From: Escherichia coli
Lineage (GTDB): Bacteria; Pseudomonadota; Gammaproteobacteria; Enterobacterales; Enterobacteriaceae
Strand: one strand, 5' to 3'
Assembly (NCBI RefSeq): GCF_024700885.2
Contig: NZ_CP117016.1
DNA length: 64,000 nucleotides
Part shown: one piece after another, positions 17,455 to 31,693 of the stretch
How the letters are laid out: every line of letters begins with the position of its first letter
How positions within the stretch are numbered: position 1 is the stretch's first letter
Made by a program: the position numbers and the translations under genes
The notes under the pieces: model-generated
What the model was told of the DNA's origin: nothing
The model's database searches: none
Seen by the model: only the letters and a program-made list of their open reading frames with translations

Positions 17455-18372
17455 TTAATGTGCCTGACCGCGCATTTTCGCTACTGCTTTCACTCCCAGC
17501 ACCACGATGCCGCCGATGATAAATCCAAGAATCAGATTTAAAACAGTCGGTAATATCATCGCCACCACTGCACTTTGCTGCCCGGCGAAATGTTCAATGG
17601 CGTGATGCAACGGCGCAATACCATGTACCACAATCCCGCCGCCGACGAGGAACATCGCCAGCGTGCCGACAATCGATAACGCTTTCATCAACCAGGGCGC
17701 GATAATCAATAACCCTTTACCTAATGCCTGCATCAGCGCGCTGGATTTTTCCGCCAGCCAATACCCCAGGTCATCAATCTTAACGATAACCCCTACCAGA
17801 CCGTAGACGCCTACGGTCACTACCAGCGCGATGCCTGAAAGCACCAGCACCTGATTAAGCAACGGCGCTTCTGCCACAATCCCCAGCGTGATGGCGACGA
17901 TTTCCGCAGACAATATAAAATCGGTACGAATCGCCCCTTTTATTTTGTCCTTTTCAAACTTCAGCGGATCCTGCGCCGCCAGCTTCTCCAGACGCTGCTG
18001 ACTCTGCGCCGGATCTTCTTTATGTTTACGCGCCTCCAGCATATGCAGCACTTTCTCTACCCCTTCAAAGCAGAGAAACGCGCCGCCAATCATCAACAGT
18101 GGCGTAATCGCCCACGGGATAAACGCACTGATGATCAGCGCCAGCGGCACCAGAATCACTTTATTGATCAGCGATCCTTTCGCCACGCCCCAGACCACGG
18201 GAAGTTCCCGGTTGGCGCGCACGCCTGAAACTTGTTGCGCATTGAGCGATAAGTCATCCCCTAATACACCGGCGGTTTTCTTCGCCGCCAGTTTGCCCAT
18301 CACGGAAATATCGTCCAGCAGTGTGGCGATATCATCGAGCAAAGTCAGTAAACTACTCCCGGCCAAAAGCAT
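17455..18372 (-). CDS. yedI: Inner membrane protein YedI (DUF808)
   Basis: 305-aa polytopic membrane ORF. Confidence 0.85.
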   Translation of the reverse strand: MLLAGSSLLTLLDDIATLLDDISVMGKLAAKKTAGVLGDDLSLNAQQVSGVRANRELPVVWGVAKGSLINKVILVPLALIISAFIPWAITPLLMIGGAFLCFEGVEKVLHMLEARKHKEDPAQSQQRLEKLAAQDPLKFEKDKIKGAIRTDFILSAEIVAITLGIVAEAPLLNQVLVLSGIALVVTVGVYGLVGVIVKIDDLGYWLAEKSSALMQALGKGLLIIAPWLMKALSIVGTLAMFLVGGGIVVHGIAPLHHAIEHFAGQQSAVVAMILPTVLNLILGFIIGGIVVLGVKAVAKMRGQAH

Positions 18373-18544
18373 TCCCTCTCATTTTTATTGTTGAAGGGTG
18401 TAAGTATGAAGCAAAAACGGCAGCTCTGATACTTGCTTCACAGGTCAACATTTTTTTAACAATCAAGTGCAATTATATCTCTCGCCAGCAGAATGATTTT
18501 CACGTTTACTATGAACCACCTTTTTATTTCCACCGTGAGGGATT

Positions 18545-19465
18545 ATGCGTTTCCGCCAGTTGTTACCGCTTTTTGGCGCGTTGTTTGCGTTGTATATCAT
18601 TTGGGGCTCAACCTATTTTGTCATTCGGATTGGCGTGGAAAGCTGGCCGCCGTTAATGATGGCGGGCGTGCGATTCCTGGCAGCCGGTATTTTATTGCTG
18701 GCATTTTTGCTACTGCGCGGACACAAACTCCCCCCGCTACGTCCGCTGCTCAATGCCGCACTGATTGGCCTGTTATTATTGGCTGTCGGTAATGGCATGG
18801 TGACGGTTGCCGAGCATCAAAATGTTCCTTCCGGCATCGCCGCCGTAGTGGTTGCAACCGTGCCCCTCTTTACCCTGTGCTTCAGCCGCCTGTTTGGCAT
18901 TAAAACGCGCAAACTGGAATGGGTGGGTATCGCCATTGGGCTTGCCGGAATCATCATGCTCAATAGCGGTGGAAATTTAAGCGGCAATCCGTGGGGCGCG
19001 ATTCTGATTTTAATCGGCTCGATTAGCTGGGCGTTTGGCTCGGTTTATGGCTCGCGCATTACCTTACCTGTAGGGATGATGGCGGGTGCGATTGAGATGC
19101 TGGCGGCAGGCGTGGTGTTAATGATTGCGTCGATGATTGCGGGTGAAAAACTGACGGCGCTCCCTTCCCTTTCAGGCTTCCTTGCGGTCGGCTATCTGGC
19201 GCTGTTTGGTTCGATTATCGCCATCAACGCTTATATGTATTTAATCCGTAATGTCAGTCCGGCTCTCGCCACCAGCTACGCCTACGTTAACCCGGTGGTC
19301 GCGGTCTTGCTGGGTACGGGACTGGGCGGAGAGACGCTGTCGAAGATTGAATGGCTGGCGCTCGGCGTGATTGTCTTCGCGGTGGTACTGGTCACGTTGG
19401 GAAAATATCTCTTCCCGGCCAAACCCGTAGTTGCGCCAGTTATTCAGGACGCATCAAGCGAGTAA
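18545..19465 (+). CDS. yedA: EamA/DMT-family transporter YedA
   Basis: 306-aa ORF with about ten hydrophobic helices. Confidence 0.88.
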   Translation: MRFRQLLPLFGALFALYIIWGSTYFVIRIGVESWPPLMMAGVRFLAAGILLLAFLLLRGHKLPPLRPLLNAALIGLLLLAVGNGMVTVAEHQNVPSGIAAVVVATVPLFTLCFSRLFGIKTRKLEWVGIAIGLAGIIMLNSGGNLSGNPWGAILILIGSISWAFGSVYGSRITLPVGMMAGAIEMLAAGVVLMIASMIAGEKLTALPSLSGFLAVGYLALFGSIIAINAYMYLIRNVSPALATSYAYVNPVVAVLLGTGLGGETLSKIEWLALGVIVFAVVLVTLGKYLFPAKPVVAPVIQDASSE

Positions 19466-19924
19466 ATGAATCCCCTGCGTGTCGATCTGCGCGCTGGCAC
19501 CTTCGCCGCAGATCCACTCTTCCAGACGCTCGCTAAGCGCTTCATCCGTCAGCTTCTCGCGCCCACGTAACGTACACTCCCAGACAATCAATACGCGCCA
19601 GCCGAGTGCCTGCAAGCGACTGATATCGCGGCGATCGCGTTCAACATTTTTACCTATCTTCTCCAGCCAGAACTCGGTTCGAGTCGCAGGCACTTTAAAC
19701 AAATAGCAGTGATGATGGTGCCAGAAGCAGCCGTGGGTAAATATCACGCAGCGATATTCATCAACGACAAAATCCGGGCGTCCGGGCAGACTGGCGTCCT
19801 GAACGCGAAATGCCAGGCCCTGCCCGGTTAACAGACTGGCGAGGCGCTTCTCAATCGCCGTATCACGCGTGGCAATTGCGCGCATATTTTTGCTGCGTGT
19901 GGCCTTATCGTGAACGTCGGCCAT
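19454..19924 (-). CDS. vsr: Very-short-patch repair endonuclease Vsr
   Basis: Track ORF 19454..20086; Vsr-length product (156 aa) from [16 protein letters not shown]; overlaps the dcm 3' end. Confidence 0.9.
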   Translation of the reverse strand: MADVHDKATRSKNMRAIATRDTAIEKRLASLLTGQGLAFRVQDASLPGRPDFVVDEYRCVIFTHGCFWHHHHCYLFKVPATRTEFWLEKIGKNVERDRRDISRLQALGWRVLIVWECTLRGREKLTDEALSERLEEWICGEGASAQIDTQGIHLLA

Positions 19925-21323
19925 GTTGTGCCTCTTGCTGACGCAACGCCATCGCCAGTTTGATTTTTGGCTCAAGCAGTTTTGCCACCGCGGCAAAGAC
20001 CGGCACGACCACCGAGTTACCGAACTGGCGATAGGCCTGAGTGTCCGAAACCGGAATGCGGAATTTCGCTTCTCCCGGCGCTTCAAAACCCATTAAGCGC
20101 GCACATTCCCGAGGCGTTAACCGACGTGGGCGATGTTGCTGATTCAGCGGATCGTCAAAGTCTTTCTCACCCGTTGCCATATCCCAGCCGCGATCGATTA
20201 AAATTTCCGCGCCATCTTTGTAATAACGCGCAGACAACGTACGCGTGACGCTTTGCGGATTGTTCGGATAAACCATTCCATAACCGAAGCCATTACCACG
20301 CGCCTGATGTTTTTTCGCATAACGATAGAGGTACTTCCACAGCACCGGCGTCAGGATATATTTCGCCTCGACCATCGGGTCCAGCAGCTGGGCCAGCGTC
20401 ACTCGCTGCGCAGGGAAACATTCGCTGATATCACGCAGAGTAAAATCGGCTTTAAGATTCAGATCGCGACGAAAACCCACCAGCACGATGCGTTCACGGT
20501 GCTGCGGCAGGAAATGTTTGCCATCGATGATTTTCGGATCGTCCGGCCCGTTATCGTCTGCGTCGGCCACGTCATAGCCCAGTTCGTCCAGCGTCTGCAT
20601 GATGATGCGGAACGTTTTACCCTGGTCGTGGCTTTTCAGGTTTTTGACGTTTTCGAGCACAAAAATCGCCGGTCGACGCGCGTCGATAATACGCACCACA
20701 TCAAAGAACAGCGTGCCCTGGGTATCACAGGCAAAACCGTGCGCCCGCCCGAGCGAGTTCTTTTTCGATACGCCAGCCAGCGAAAATGGCTGACAAGGAA
20801 AACCCGCCAGTAATACATCGTGTTCAGGAATGTGTTGACGAATATGTTCCGCCGCCGCCTCATCACTCACGCCTTCTTTATGGCTGAGGGTGATGTCGCG
20901 GATATCTTCATTAAAATGATGCGTCGCCGGATCGCAATAATGGTTGGCTTTATAAGTGCGTACCGCATGTTTGTTCCATTCGCTGGTAAACACGCACTGT
21001 CCGCCAATCGATTCAAAACCGCGACGGATGCCGCCAATTCCGGCAAATAGATCGATAAAGCGAAACGCATAATGCGGATGATGCGCCGGTGGTTTGGGTA
21101 ACAACGTTTGCAGATGGGCGAACTCTTTCTCACTTAAACGGTGCCATGCCGAGTCATTCGCCAGCGCACGTTTTAAAATTGCCGCGCTCCAGTGATTCTC
21201 ACCCACACCATTAAGCTGCGCCACCAGCGTTTTAACATCATAAATTTGCAGCAGTTTCTCCAGCATTGCCTGTGCGGCATTCCCGGTGCTGTATGAATCG
21301 GTTACTGATATATTTTCCTGCAT
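19905..21323 (-). CDS. dcm: DNA cytosine-5 methyltransferase Dcm
   Basis: 472-aa ORF with C5-methyltransferase motifs FAGIGG, PCQPFS and ENV. Confidence 0.95.
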   Translation of the reverse strand: MQENISVTDSYSTGNAAQAMLEKLLQIYDVKTLVAQLNGVGENHWSAAILKRALANDSAWHRLSEKEFAHLQTLLPKPPAHHPHYAFRFIDLFAGIGGIRRGFESIGGQCVFTSEWNKHAVRTYKANHYCDPATHHFNEDIRDITLSHKEGVSDEAAAEHIRQHIPEHDVLLAGFPCQPFSLAGVSKKNSLGRAHGFACDTQGTLFFDVVRIIDARRPAIFVLENVKNLKSHDQGKTFRIIMQTLDELGYDVADADDNGPDDPKIIDGKHFLPQHRERIVLVGFRRDLNLKADFTLRDISECFPAQRVTLAQLLDPMVEAKYILTPVLWKYLYRYAKKHQARGNGFGYGMVYPNNPQSVTRTLSARYYKDGAEILIDRGWDMATGEKDFDDPLNQQHRPRRLTPRECARLMGFEAPGEAKFRIPVSDTQAYRQFGNSVVVPVFAAVAKLLEPKIKLAMALRQQEAQHGRRSR

Positions 21324-21389
21324 AGATTTAACCGGCCATCTGAGATGGCCGACAGGTTAACATAATTACAGCCATTTAGGGCCACGCGC

Positions 21390-22085
21390 TCAGCCCGCGG
21401 GTGAAAACGCATCTATCACCTTGTGATCGACACCTTCATTCTCCCCCGCCAGTTCGGCACTGAGCTTCGCCATAAACTCGACTAAAAATTGCGCGTTGTG
21501 CTGCGCCAGCTGCTTGCCTCTTGCGGTTTGCATGGTTTGCGGTAGCTTCAGCAACTTAGTCTGGAAATGATCCAGCGCGTAGCGTTTATCATCAAACGGG
21601 CGATGCTGTGCGAACGGATCTTCGCCATCAAACAGCGCCACGCCCAATGCCCCTGAAACGGCAAACACGCGCGCCAGGCCAATCGCCCCCAAGGCTTCCA
21701 GCCGATCCGCATCCTGGACGATTTTAGCTTCCGTTGTTAAGGGGGCGATTTGCGCGCTGAAACTGTGAGCGGCAATGGCATGACAAACGGCCTCGATTTT
21801 CTCCGCCGGAAATTGCACGAATTCTTCACGCAGCAGGCGACGCGTCTCTTCTGCCGCCAGGATTGAAGAACGCTGCCGTTGTGGATGATTTTTCGCCAGG
21901 CTCACAATATCGTGAAAATAACAAGCGGTTAAAATCACCAACATATCGACATCGTCATCTGCCGCCAGCTTCTGTGCCGTAGCCCAGACGCGGCGAAAAT
22001 GACACACGTCATGGGCCGCGTCCTGGTGCTGATGATGGTTTTTCAACCAGTTTTCGAACTGTGCCTGCCAGTGTTGTAAGTCCAT
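21390..22085 (-). CDS. yedJ: HD-domain phosphohydrolase YedJ
   Basis: Track ORF 21390..22112; start moved to MDLQHWQAQ (231 aa); HD motif present. Confidence 0.85.
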   Translation of the reverse strand: MDLQHWQAQFENWLKNHHQHQDAAHDVCHFRRVWATAQKLAADDDVDMLVILTACYFHDIVSLAKNHPQRQRSSILAAEETRRLLREEFVQFPAEKIEAVCHAIAAHSFSAQIAPLTTEAKIVQDADRLEALGAIGLARVFAVSGALGVALFDGEDPFAQHRPFDDKRYALDHFQTKLLKLPQTMQTARGKQLAQHNAQFLVEFMAKLSAELAGENEGVDHKVIDAFSPAG

Positions 22086-22124
22086 ACGCGCTCCGTTGCC
22101 AAAGAGTCGCAACCTTAGCAGTTT

Positions 22125-22508
22125 TTATTCATAGCGTCTGCTACGTGCGGGACGAGGTCGGGTGTACCAGGCAATGCTGCCTAACAATGCCCCGACCAGA
22201 GCCATAAATAAAAATCCGACCAGTGCCCCTAACCACTTTCCCGCGGTAGAGCCTAAATCGCTTTCAAATCCCGACACCGGGGCATCAGGGATCCGGCTCA
22301 TCACCCAGATGTAACGCGCCATTGCCCAGACGAAATAGCCACACCATGTATAGAAAGCCCACAAAGCCAGTTTGCCACCAGGACTGCGAGAGAGTCTCTC
22401 TTCCATCTTTGTCGAACCGTATTCCATTTTGAGATAACCCGGAAAATTCAGACTTAGTACTATTATGTGATAAAAGTCACATTTTTCCACATTGGATGAG
22501 CCAGTCAA
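22125..22508 (-). CDS. yedR: Inner membrane protein YedR
   Basis: Track ORF of 127 aa with two TM helices; true start probably a few codons downstream. Confidence 0.75.
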   Translation of the reverse strand: MTGSSNVEKCDFYHIIVLSLNFPGYLKMEYGSTKMEERLSRSPGGKLALWAFYTWCGYFVWAMARYIWVMSRIPDAPVSGFESDLGSTAGKWLGALVGFLFMALVGALLGSIAWYTRPRPARSRRYE

Positions 22509-23055
22509 GACTCAATCATTTTTTGAACAAATAGATAACTTTTGCGCAATGGCAGTGAATACAGGAAAAATCGTTTTGAGCGATTTTATTTATCTTTGAT
22601 ATCGGCTTTATTAATTCATTCAATCAATATATTAGCACTGATTACAATTATACCTTTTTATTTTTCTGTGTCATGATGCCTCCGTTATTAGCCTTTTATC
22701 GTCTTGTTTATATTTTTTGGGCCGGCATGATGCCGGCTTTTTTTATGCCTTCATTAATGTGCGCGTGATCACACCAGCCGTTTGGCGCAACAATCATTGA
22801 TACCCCCTATGTTTCCGCTCAACTCATAACATATTGATATACATTTATAATTTTCATGAATATTTATATTTAGAATTCATAATTCTGAATCATATTAAAT
22901 AGATTAGAAACATTTTGAAATCTTTTAAATACATTTGTTACATGTAATCTTTAAAATAAAATGAACTTCATAGAATAGTATCCAAATGTGCTTTTTTTTG
23001 GATAACGGCACTTATTGATATATTCATGAAGATTATAATCACAAGGGAATACATA

Positions 23056-24129
23056 ATGAAAAGAAAAGTTCTGGCAATGCTGGTCCCGGCGTTATTAGTT
23101 GCTGGCGCAGCAAATGCGGCTGAAATTTATAATAAAGATGGCAATAAAGTTGATTTCTACGGCAAGATGGTTGGCGAACGCATCTGGTCAAATACTGATG
23201 ATAATAACAGCGAAAACGAAGATACCTCCTATGCTCGTTTCGGTGTTAAAGGTGAAACCCAAATCACCAGCGAACTGACTGGTTTTGGTCAGTTTGAATA
23301 CAACCTCGACGCCAGCAAGCCCGAAGGCTCTAATCAGGAAAAAACCCGTTTAACCTTCGCAGGTTTGAAATATAACGAGTTAGGATCTTTCGACTATGGT
23401 CGTAACTACGGTGTTGCTTATGATGCCGCAGCTTATACCGATATGTTAGTTGAATGGGGTGGTGATTCCTGGGCTTCCGCTGACAACTTCATGAACGGTC
23501 GTACCAACGGTGTTGCAACCTACCGTAACTCTGATTTCTTTGGTCTGGTTGATGGTCTGAATTTTGCTGTGCAATATCAAGGTAAGAACAGCAATCGTGG
23601 CGTTACTAAACAAAACGGTGATGGCTATGCGTTGTCTGTAGACTACAACATCGAAGGTTTTGGTTTTGTAGGTGCATATAGCAAATCTGATCGTACTAAT
23701 GAACAAGCTGGTGACGGCTACGGTGATAACGCTGAAGTGTGGTCATTAGCAGCCAAGTATGATGCAAATAATATCTATGCAGCAATGATGTACGGTGAAA
23801 CCCGCAACATGACCGTTTTGGCTAATGATCATTTTGCAAATAAAACCCAAAACTTTGAAGCTGTTGTACAGTATCAGTTCGACTTCGGTTTACGTCCGTC
23901 TTTAGGCTACGTATATTCCAAAGGCAAAGATCTTTATGCTCGTGATGGACATAAAGGTGTTGATGCTGACCGCGTAAATTATATCGAAGTTGGTACCTGG
24001 TACTACTTCAATAAGAACATGAACGTCTACACAGCATACAAATTTAACCTGCTGGATAAAGACGATGCAGCGATTACCGATGCCGCAACTGATGACCAGT
24101 TTGCAGTTGGTATCGTCTACCAGTTCTAA
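23056..24129 (+). CDS. yedS: OmpC/OmpF-family general porin (YedS-type), apparently intact
   Basis: Track ORF 23026..24129; start moved to [21 protein letters not shown] (signal peptide); C-terminal aromatic residue F; AT-rich upstream region. Confidence 0.85.
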   Translation: MKRKVLAMLVPALLVAGAANAAEIYNKDGNKVDFYGKMVGERIWSNTDDNNSENEDTSYARFGVKGETQITSELTGFGQFEYNLDASKPEGSNQEKTRLTFAGLKYNELGSFDYGRNYGVAYDAAAYTDMLVEWGGDSWASADNFMNGRTNGVATYRNSDFFGLVDGLNFAVQYQGKNSNRGVTKQNGDGYALSVDYNIEGFGFVGAYSKSDRTNEQAGDGYGDNAEVWSLAAKYDANNIYAAMMYGETRNMTVLANDHFANKTQNFEAVVQYQFDFGLRPSLGYVYSKGKDLYARDGHKGVDADRVNYIEVGTWYYFNKNMNVYTAYKFNLLDKDDAAITDAATDDQFAVGIVYQF

Positions 24130-24173
24130 TCAGCCAACGCGCCGCGGCGTGTTACTGTAAAACTTAACAATAG

Positions 24174-24210
24174 CCTGAGTTCGTCCCTCATCGAACTCAG
24201 GCTTTTTTAT
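24174..24210 (+). terminator. Rho-independent terminator after the porin gene
   Basis: CCTGAGTTCG / CGAACTCAGG stem followed by CTTTTTTATT. Confidence 0.75.
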
Positions 24211-24719
24211 TGGCATTTCATCTCCATCTGCGGCACACGCATTTGCCAAAGCATATCGATACAGCACATTACCCCGCCCCTCCTGGCTCAATAAAATCTA
24301 CCAGCGTCTCTTCCAGCCAACACCCAAATGCATTTCTTTATGAATTAATCTGCAACAAAACCGCCCCCCATATAGAAATATTTGCAAAAATAGTGCATGA
24401 AAAAAGCTTTTTCTCTGCCAATCCGGGATATAAATATTCATCAGCACCACGATATTCCACAGCACTAAATCTCTCCCCGCCGCCCCGTACCTCTGATAAT
24501 GGTCTAAAATCATTGAGGCCACTTGCGACGACGTAGCTCAATAAGGAAAATTTGGCGTGAATAATATTCAACACCAGTGCAGCATCATCATTACATACTT
24601 ACACCCACGACTACCGCTTTCGATATATTGACTCAATTTTCCAGCCTGGTTAAAAATAGCGACCAGCTCAGTCGCAAATATAGTGACTACCCTAACTAAG
24701 CAACAATAAGGAATACACT

Positions 24720-25571
24720 ATGACTGTTCAAACAAGTAAAAATCCGCAGGTCGATATTGCTGAAGATAATGCATTCTTCCCTTCAGAATATTCGCTTAGC
24801 CAATATACCAGTCCTGTCTCTGATCTTGATGGCGTGGACTATCCAAAACCGTATCGCGGTAAACATAAAATTCTGGTGATCGCCGCGGACGAACGTTATT
24901 TGCCGACCGATAACGGAAAACTGTTCTCGACCGGTAACCATCCGATTGAAACATTGCTGCCGTTGTATCATCTCCACGCTGCAGGTTTCGAATTCGAAGT
25001 GGCGACCATTTCCGGTCTGATGACCAAGTTTGAATACTGGGCTATGCCGCACAAAGATGAAAAAGTAATGCCATTCTTTGAGCAGCATAAATCTTTGTTC
25101 CGCAATCCGAAGAAACTCGCGGATGTTGTCGCCAGCCTCAACGCTGACAGCGAATATGCAGCAATCTTTGTTCCTGGTGGTCATGGCGCACTTATTGGTT
25201 TACCAGAAAGCCAGGACGTGGCTGCCGCTTTACAGTGGGCAATCAAAAATGACCGTTTTGTTATCTCCCTTTGCCACGGCCCGGCGGCATTTCTGGCGCT
25301 TCGCCACGGCGATAACCCACTGAATGGTTATTCCATTTGCGCATTCCCAGACGCCGCAGACAAACAAACGCCAGAGATAGGCTATATGCCGGGTCATCTC
25401 ACCTGGTACTTCGGCGAAGAGCTGAAGAAAATGGGCATGAACATCATTAATGACGACATCACCGGGCGAGTACATAAGGACCGTAAAGTTCTCACCGGCG
25501 ACAGTCCTTTCGCAGCGAATGCGTTGGGTAAACTGGCGGCGCAGGAAATGCTGGCAGCTTACGCGGGTTAA
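24720..25571 (+). CDS. hchA: Glyoxalase III / protein deglycase HchA (Hsp31)
   Basis: 283-aa DJ-1/PfpI-family ORF. Confidence 0.93.
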   Translation: MTVQTSKNPQVDIAEDNAFFPSEYSLSQYTSPVSDLDGVDYPKPYRGKHKILVIAADERYLPTDNGKLFSTGNHPIETLLPLYHLHAAGFEFEVATISGLMTKFEYWAMPHKDEKVMPFFEQHKSLFRNPKKLADVVASLNADSEYAAIFVPGGHGALIGLPESQDVAAALQWAIKNDRFVISLCHGPAAFLALRHGDNPLNGYSICAFPDAADKQTPEIGYMPGHLTWYFGEELKKMGMNIINDDITGRVHKDRKVLTGDSPFAANALGKLAAQEMLAAYAG

Positions 25572-25677
25572 TCCCTGTTACGTTTGAATGTAAGCACATA
25601 ATCAATCGCAGCCGCGTTAGTACTCACGACGTGGCTGCGTTTTTCACGGTTAATTTATGGCGTACTGAAGCCCTATG

Positions 25678-27036
25678 TTAATTTCTTTGCGGTAACGTAA
25701 TCCGGAACACATTATGCTTATTGAGATAGTGATACGTAGCACTTCCCCCATGCAATTCGGCAATCGCTTTGACTAAAGAAAGACCAAGTCCCTGACCTAC
25801 GGAATGACGCGAATTATCTCCCCGCCAAAATCTACGGAAGAGTTTTTCAGGCTCATGAATTTTCGTTCCAGGACTGGCGATATCAATATTAAGAGAACCG
25901 TTGGTATCAAGAAAACTGGTTATCTGAATACGCGATTTTTCTGGCGAATATCGAATAGCGTTAACAATAAGATTCGATAACATTCGTTGTAGTAAAATTT
26001 TATCCGCAAAGATTTGCTGATTGCACTCGACCTTAAAGCAAATCTCTTTCTCGTCTGAAAGGTATTCAAGATAGTCCAACAAATTTTCGACTTCCTTATT
26101 GAGAGAAAGCGAATCCAGTTTCACCAAAACATTGTTTTTATCTGCCCTGGCAAGAAACAGTATGTTCTCTGTTAACCGCGAAATATTTTCCAGCTCTTCA
26201 ATGTTTCCGGCAATTGTTTTTTGATATTCAGCGATACTTCTGGTTTGACTGAGCGTAACCTGATTCTGACCCAGTAATGCATTAATTGGCGTTCTAAGTT
26301 CATGAGCGAGATCGTCAGCAAATTGACTTAGGCGTTCAAAATCTTTGACTAAGGCTTGGTGCATTTTATTCAACGCCTGCCCAAGAGGTTTTAGTTCTCT
26401 CGGTAATGCGCTAACCTCAACAGGCTCCCGGTTATCGTTATAATTCAGCGCTTCCGTTACACCACTCAACTTTTTGATCTCTCGTAACCCCGTTCTGATT
26501 AACAACGGACTTAATACTGAGCAAAGTATAATGGCGACAATGCAAATTATAATGCTATTAATTTTATACTGTTCAAGCATGTTATGTCTGGCTGAAGCCA
26601 ATTTAGCCACAGTAACCGTTAATGATGGCGAAACTTCATCAATATTAATTCGTAAAGCATCTATCTCTGTATCATTAATAATGCTTCTGTAAATGCCAGC
26701 TGCGCTGATTGTCTCAGTAGCAGGTATGTTATTTAACATGCCATCACTGACATTTGTCCGGTTAACAATTTTATTGATGCTATCACCATGAATGATCAAG
26801 ATATCCTGACTAACATCCATCATCCGGTTAAAGTACACAGGTAACGTATCTGGATTTACCCCATCAATTAACAACTGCTTGATCTGCGCTGTCCGGTTAA
26901 TGAGTGTTGTATCATCGCGCCATTTCAACTCACTTGCCAGGCCATTATAGAGAGTCCAGACAATTCCAGCGCCAGCAACAGACAGCAGCAATATAAAAAG
27001 CAAGGTTAAACGGACGGTTATAGATAATCTTTTCAT
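25678..27036 (-). CDS. hprS: Sensor histidine kinase HprS (YedV)
   Basis: 452-aa ORF with two TM segments and H-box HELRTP. Confidence 0.9.
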   Translation of the reverse strand: MKRLSITVRLTLLFILLLSVAGAGIVWTLYNGLASELKWRDDTTLINRTAQIKQLLIDGVNPDTLPVYFNRMMDVSQDILIIHGDSINKIVNRTNVSDGMLNNIPATETISAAGIYRSIINDTEIDALRINIDEVSPSLTVTVAKLASARHNMLEQYKINSIIICIVAIILCSVLSPLLIRTGLREIKKLSGVTEALNYNDNREPVEVSALPRELKPLGQALNKMHQALVKDFERLSQFADDLAHELRTPINALLGQNQVTLSQTRSIAEYQKTIAGNIEELENISRLTENILFLARADKNNVLVKLDSLSLNKEVENLLDYLEYLSDEKEICFKVECNQQIFADKILLQRMLSNLIVNAIRYSPEKSRIQITSFLDTNGSLNIDIASPGTKIHEPEKLFRRFWRGDNSRHSVGQGLGLSLVKAIAELHGGSATYHYLNKHNVFRITLPQRN

Positions 27037-27707
27037 TATTTTTTTACCGCTACGAATGAATAGCCCATCCCCCGGATTGTGGCGATTAGCTTTTCAGGAA
27101 AAGGATCATCAACTTTTGCGCGGAGCCTGCGAATGGCGACGTCCACCGTATTGGTATCACTATCAAAGTTGATTCCCCAAATTTCACTCGCAATAACCGT
27201 TCTGGGGATAATCTCGCCAGCTCTGGAGGCCAGTAGCCAAAGTAACTGAAACTCCTTGCGCGTCAGTGTAATACTGATATTGTCCCTGCTCACACTTTGA
27301 CTAACAGAGTCCATTCTTAAGCCACTGATTTCTAATGTTGAATTCAAAGCGTGATGTTGCCTTAATTGTGCCCGAACCCTTGCCAGCAACTCAGAAAATG
27401 AAAAAGGTTTTACCAGATAATCATTTGCCCCACTGTCCAGCCCTCTGACTCTGTCATCGACAGAATCTCTTGCAGTAAGGCAAATAACAGGAGTTTGCTT
27501 TGCCGTTCTTAACGTTTGTAAGATCTGCCAGCCATCCATACCCGGAAGCATAATATCCAGAATGATCAATGCATAATCATCCTTAAGCGCAAGATAAAGC
27601 CCATCTCTGCCATCAGAAACGGCATCAATGACATAACCCGCTTCGGAAAGCCCCTGCGTTACCCACTCCTGGGTCCTTTGATTATCTTCAATAAGTAAAA
27701 TCTTCAT
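27036..27707 (-). CDS. hprR: OmpR-family response regulator HprR (YedW)
   Basis: Track ORF 27036..27818; start moved to MKILLIEDN (223 aa). Confidence 0.9.
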   Translation of the reverse strand: MKILLIEDNQRTQEWVTQGLSEAGYVIDAVSDGRDGLYLALKDDYALIILDIMLPGMDGWQILQTLRTAKQTPVICLTARDSVDDRVRGLDSGANDYLVKPFSFSELLARVRAQLRQHHALNSTLEISGLRMDSVSQSVSRDNISITLTRKEFQLLWLLASRAGEIIPRTVIASEIWGINFDSDTNTVDVAIRRLRAKVDDPFPEKLIATIRGMGYSFVAVKK

Positions 27708-27839
27708 GAAAATAATATGCCATAAATCATATGTTATAGAAACAGCCTGGTTCATTACAAAATTGTAATGCTGCTGTAAGGTTACCCTGGACGTTTTTTC
27801 GCTATCCTCAAAACTCATTCACATGACAAGGATATAAAC

Positions 27840-28253
27840 ATGTTAAAGCGTTATTTAGTACTCTCCGTAGTAACGGCTGCATTTTCATTACCTTCTTTGG
27901 TCTATGCTGCGCAACAAAACATTCTTAGCGTGCACATTTTGAACCAGCAAACAGGAAAACCCGCTGCCGACGTGACAGTCACTCTTGAAAAGAAAGCGGA
28001 CAACGGCTGGTTACAACTTAATACCGCCAAAACAGATAAGGATGGACGAATTAAGGCACTGTGGCCCGAGCAAACTGTAACTACGGGCGATTACCGTGTC
28101 GTATTTAAAACCGGGGACTATTTCAAGAAACAAAATCTTGAAAGTTTCTTCCCTGAGATCCCCGTTGAATTTCATATCAATAAAGTGAACGAGCATTATC
28201 ATGTGCCTTTATTACTTAGCCAATATGGGTATTCAACCTATCGTGGCAGTTAA
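27840..28253 (+). CDS. hiuH: 5-hydroxyisourate hydrolase (transthyretin-like) HiuH
   Basis: 137-aa ORF with signal peptide and C-terminal YRGS. Confidence 0.9.
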   Translation: MLKRYLVLSVVTAAFSLPSLVYAAQQNILSVHILNQQTGKPAADVTVTLEKKADNGWLQLNTAKTDKDGRIKALWPEQTVTTGDYRVVFKTGDYFKKQNLESFFPEIPVEFHINKVNEHYHVPLLLSQYGYSTYRGS

Positions 28254-28307
28254 TGCATAAATATGTAAAAGCAGATCTCTGCTACTGTTAGGGAGGACAC
28301 TCCCTGA

Positions 28308-29366
<1,059 letters not shown>

Positions 29367-30002
29367 ATGCGTCTGACAGCAAAACAGGTGACATGGCTGA
29401 AAGTTTGCCTGCATCTTGCCGGATTGTTGCCGTTTCTCTGGCTGGTCTGGGCGATCAATCACGGTGGACTGGGTGCCGATCCCGTGAAAGATATTCAGCA
29501 TTTTACCGGTCGCACTGCACTGAAATTTTTGCTGGCGACCTTGTTAATCACACCTCTGGCACGCTACGCAAAACAGCCGTTATTGATACGCACTCGCCGC
29601 CTATTAGGCTTATGGTGCTTTGCCTGGGCGACACTGCATTTAACCAGTTACGCATTACTGGAGCTGGGCGTGAATAATCTGGCGTTATTAGGTAAGGAGT
29701 TAATTACCCGGCCTTATTTAACGTTAGGAATTATCAGCTGGGTTATTTTGCTTGCTTTAGCGTTTACTTCAACCCAGGCGATGCAGCGAAAACTCGGCAA
29801 GCACTGGCAACAGTTGCATAATTTCGTCTATCTTGTCGCGATCCTGGCCCCAATACATTATCTGTGGTCAGTGAAGATTATTTCACCGCAGCCACTCATC
29901 TACGCTGGGCTGGCGGTACTGCTTTTAGCCTTACGGTATAAGAAGTTGCTTTCCCTTTTCAACCGGTTACGCAAGCAGGTTCACAACAAATTATCTCTAT
30001 AA
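29367..30002 (+). CDS. msrQ: Haem-binding membrane subunit MsrQ (YedZ)
   Basis: 211-aa polytopic ORF immediately after msrP. Confidence 0.92.
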   Translation: MRLTAKQVTWLKVCLHLAGLLPFLWLVWAINHGGLGADPVKDIQHFTGRTALKFLLATLLITPLARYAKQPLLIRTRRLLGLWCFAWATLHLTSYALLELGVNNLALLGKELITRPYLTLGIISWVILLALAFTSTQAMQRKLGKHWQQLHNFVYLVAILAPIHYLWSVKIISPQPLIYAGLAVLLLALRYKKLLSLFNRLRKQVHNKLSL

Positions 30003-30030
30003 CTTGATATTGCCGACAAAGTACGCGTTA

Positions 30031-30053
30031 TCCCTGCCGGATGCGGCGCGAGC
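30031..30053. repeat. Left half of a REP palindromic unit split by the IS insertion (right half at 31486-31500)
   Basis: CCTGCCGGATGCGGCGCGAGC before the IS and AGCGCCTTATCCGGC after it reconstitute a REP-like palindrome. Confidence 0.65.
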
Positions 30054-30580
30054 TGAACTGCACCCCAAATGTTGGACATAATCTGACATCTGAAGGTGCA
30101 GTTTATGAAACATTCATTTGAAGTAAAACTTGCCGCTGTAAATCATTACCTGGCTGGTCATGCAGGCATCATTTCTACGGCAAAACTCTTTCAACTTTCT
30201 CACACCAGCCTCTCACACTGGATTAATCTTTTTCTTCTTCACGGTCCTCGGGCACTGGATTGCAGACACAAGCGTAGCTATTCTCCTGAAGATAAACTTT
30301 GCGTGGTTCTTTATGCTCTCGGGCATTCTGAGTCTCTACCCCGGGTAGCTGCCCGGTTTAATATTCCCAGCCACAACACGGTTAAAAACTGGATAAAAGG
30401 CTACCGCAAATCTGGTAATGAGGCCTTTATCAGGCGCAGGAAGGAGAAAAGCATGACCCGTTCTGATGATACCCATGAAAACGAGGCAAACATGACGCCG
30501 GAAGAGATGAAGAATGAGCTGCGTTATCTTCGCGCAGAAAATGCATATCTGAAAGCCATGCAGGAGCATCTCCTGGAAAA

Positions 30581-31485
<905 letters not shown>

Positions 31486-31634
31486 AGCGCCTTATCCGGC
31501 ATACACAGATCGCATTAGGTTATGTTTCGTTTGTCATCAACCTCAAATCATCGACATAATTTATTTTATTTCAATAAGATAGATAAGCACACCTGAGAGA
31601 ACTATTCTCTTGTCTCCTAAGAGTTGTTGCATTT

Positions 31635-31656
31635 TGTTATATGTTACAATATAACA
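31635..31656. promoter_or_regulatory. Candidate Zur box in the zinT promoter
   Basis: Palindrome TGTTATATGTTACAATATAACA about 40 bp upstream of zinT; zinT is Zur-regulated (recalled). Confidence 0.6.
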
Positions 31657-31693
31657 TTACACATCATATACATTAACTCTGGAGGAAACTGTT

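Noticed and set aside
24210-24574. Three overlapping 74-108-aa ORFs between the porin gene and hchA
   Set aside because: Mutually overlapping on both strands in an AT-rich intergenic region containing the porin terminator; no coding signal.
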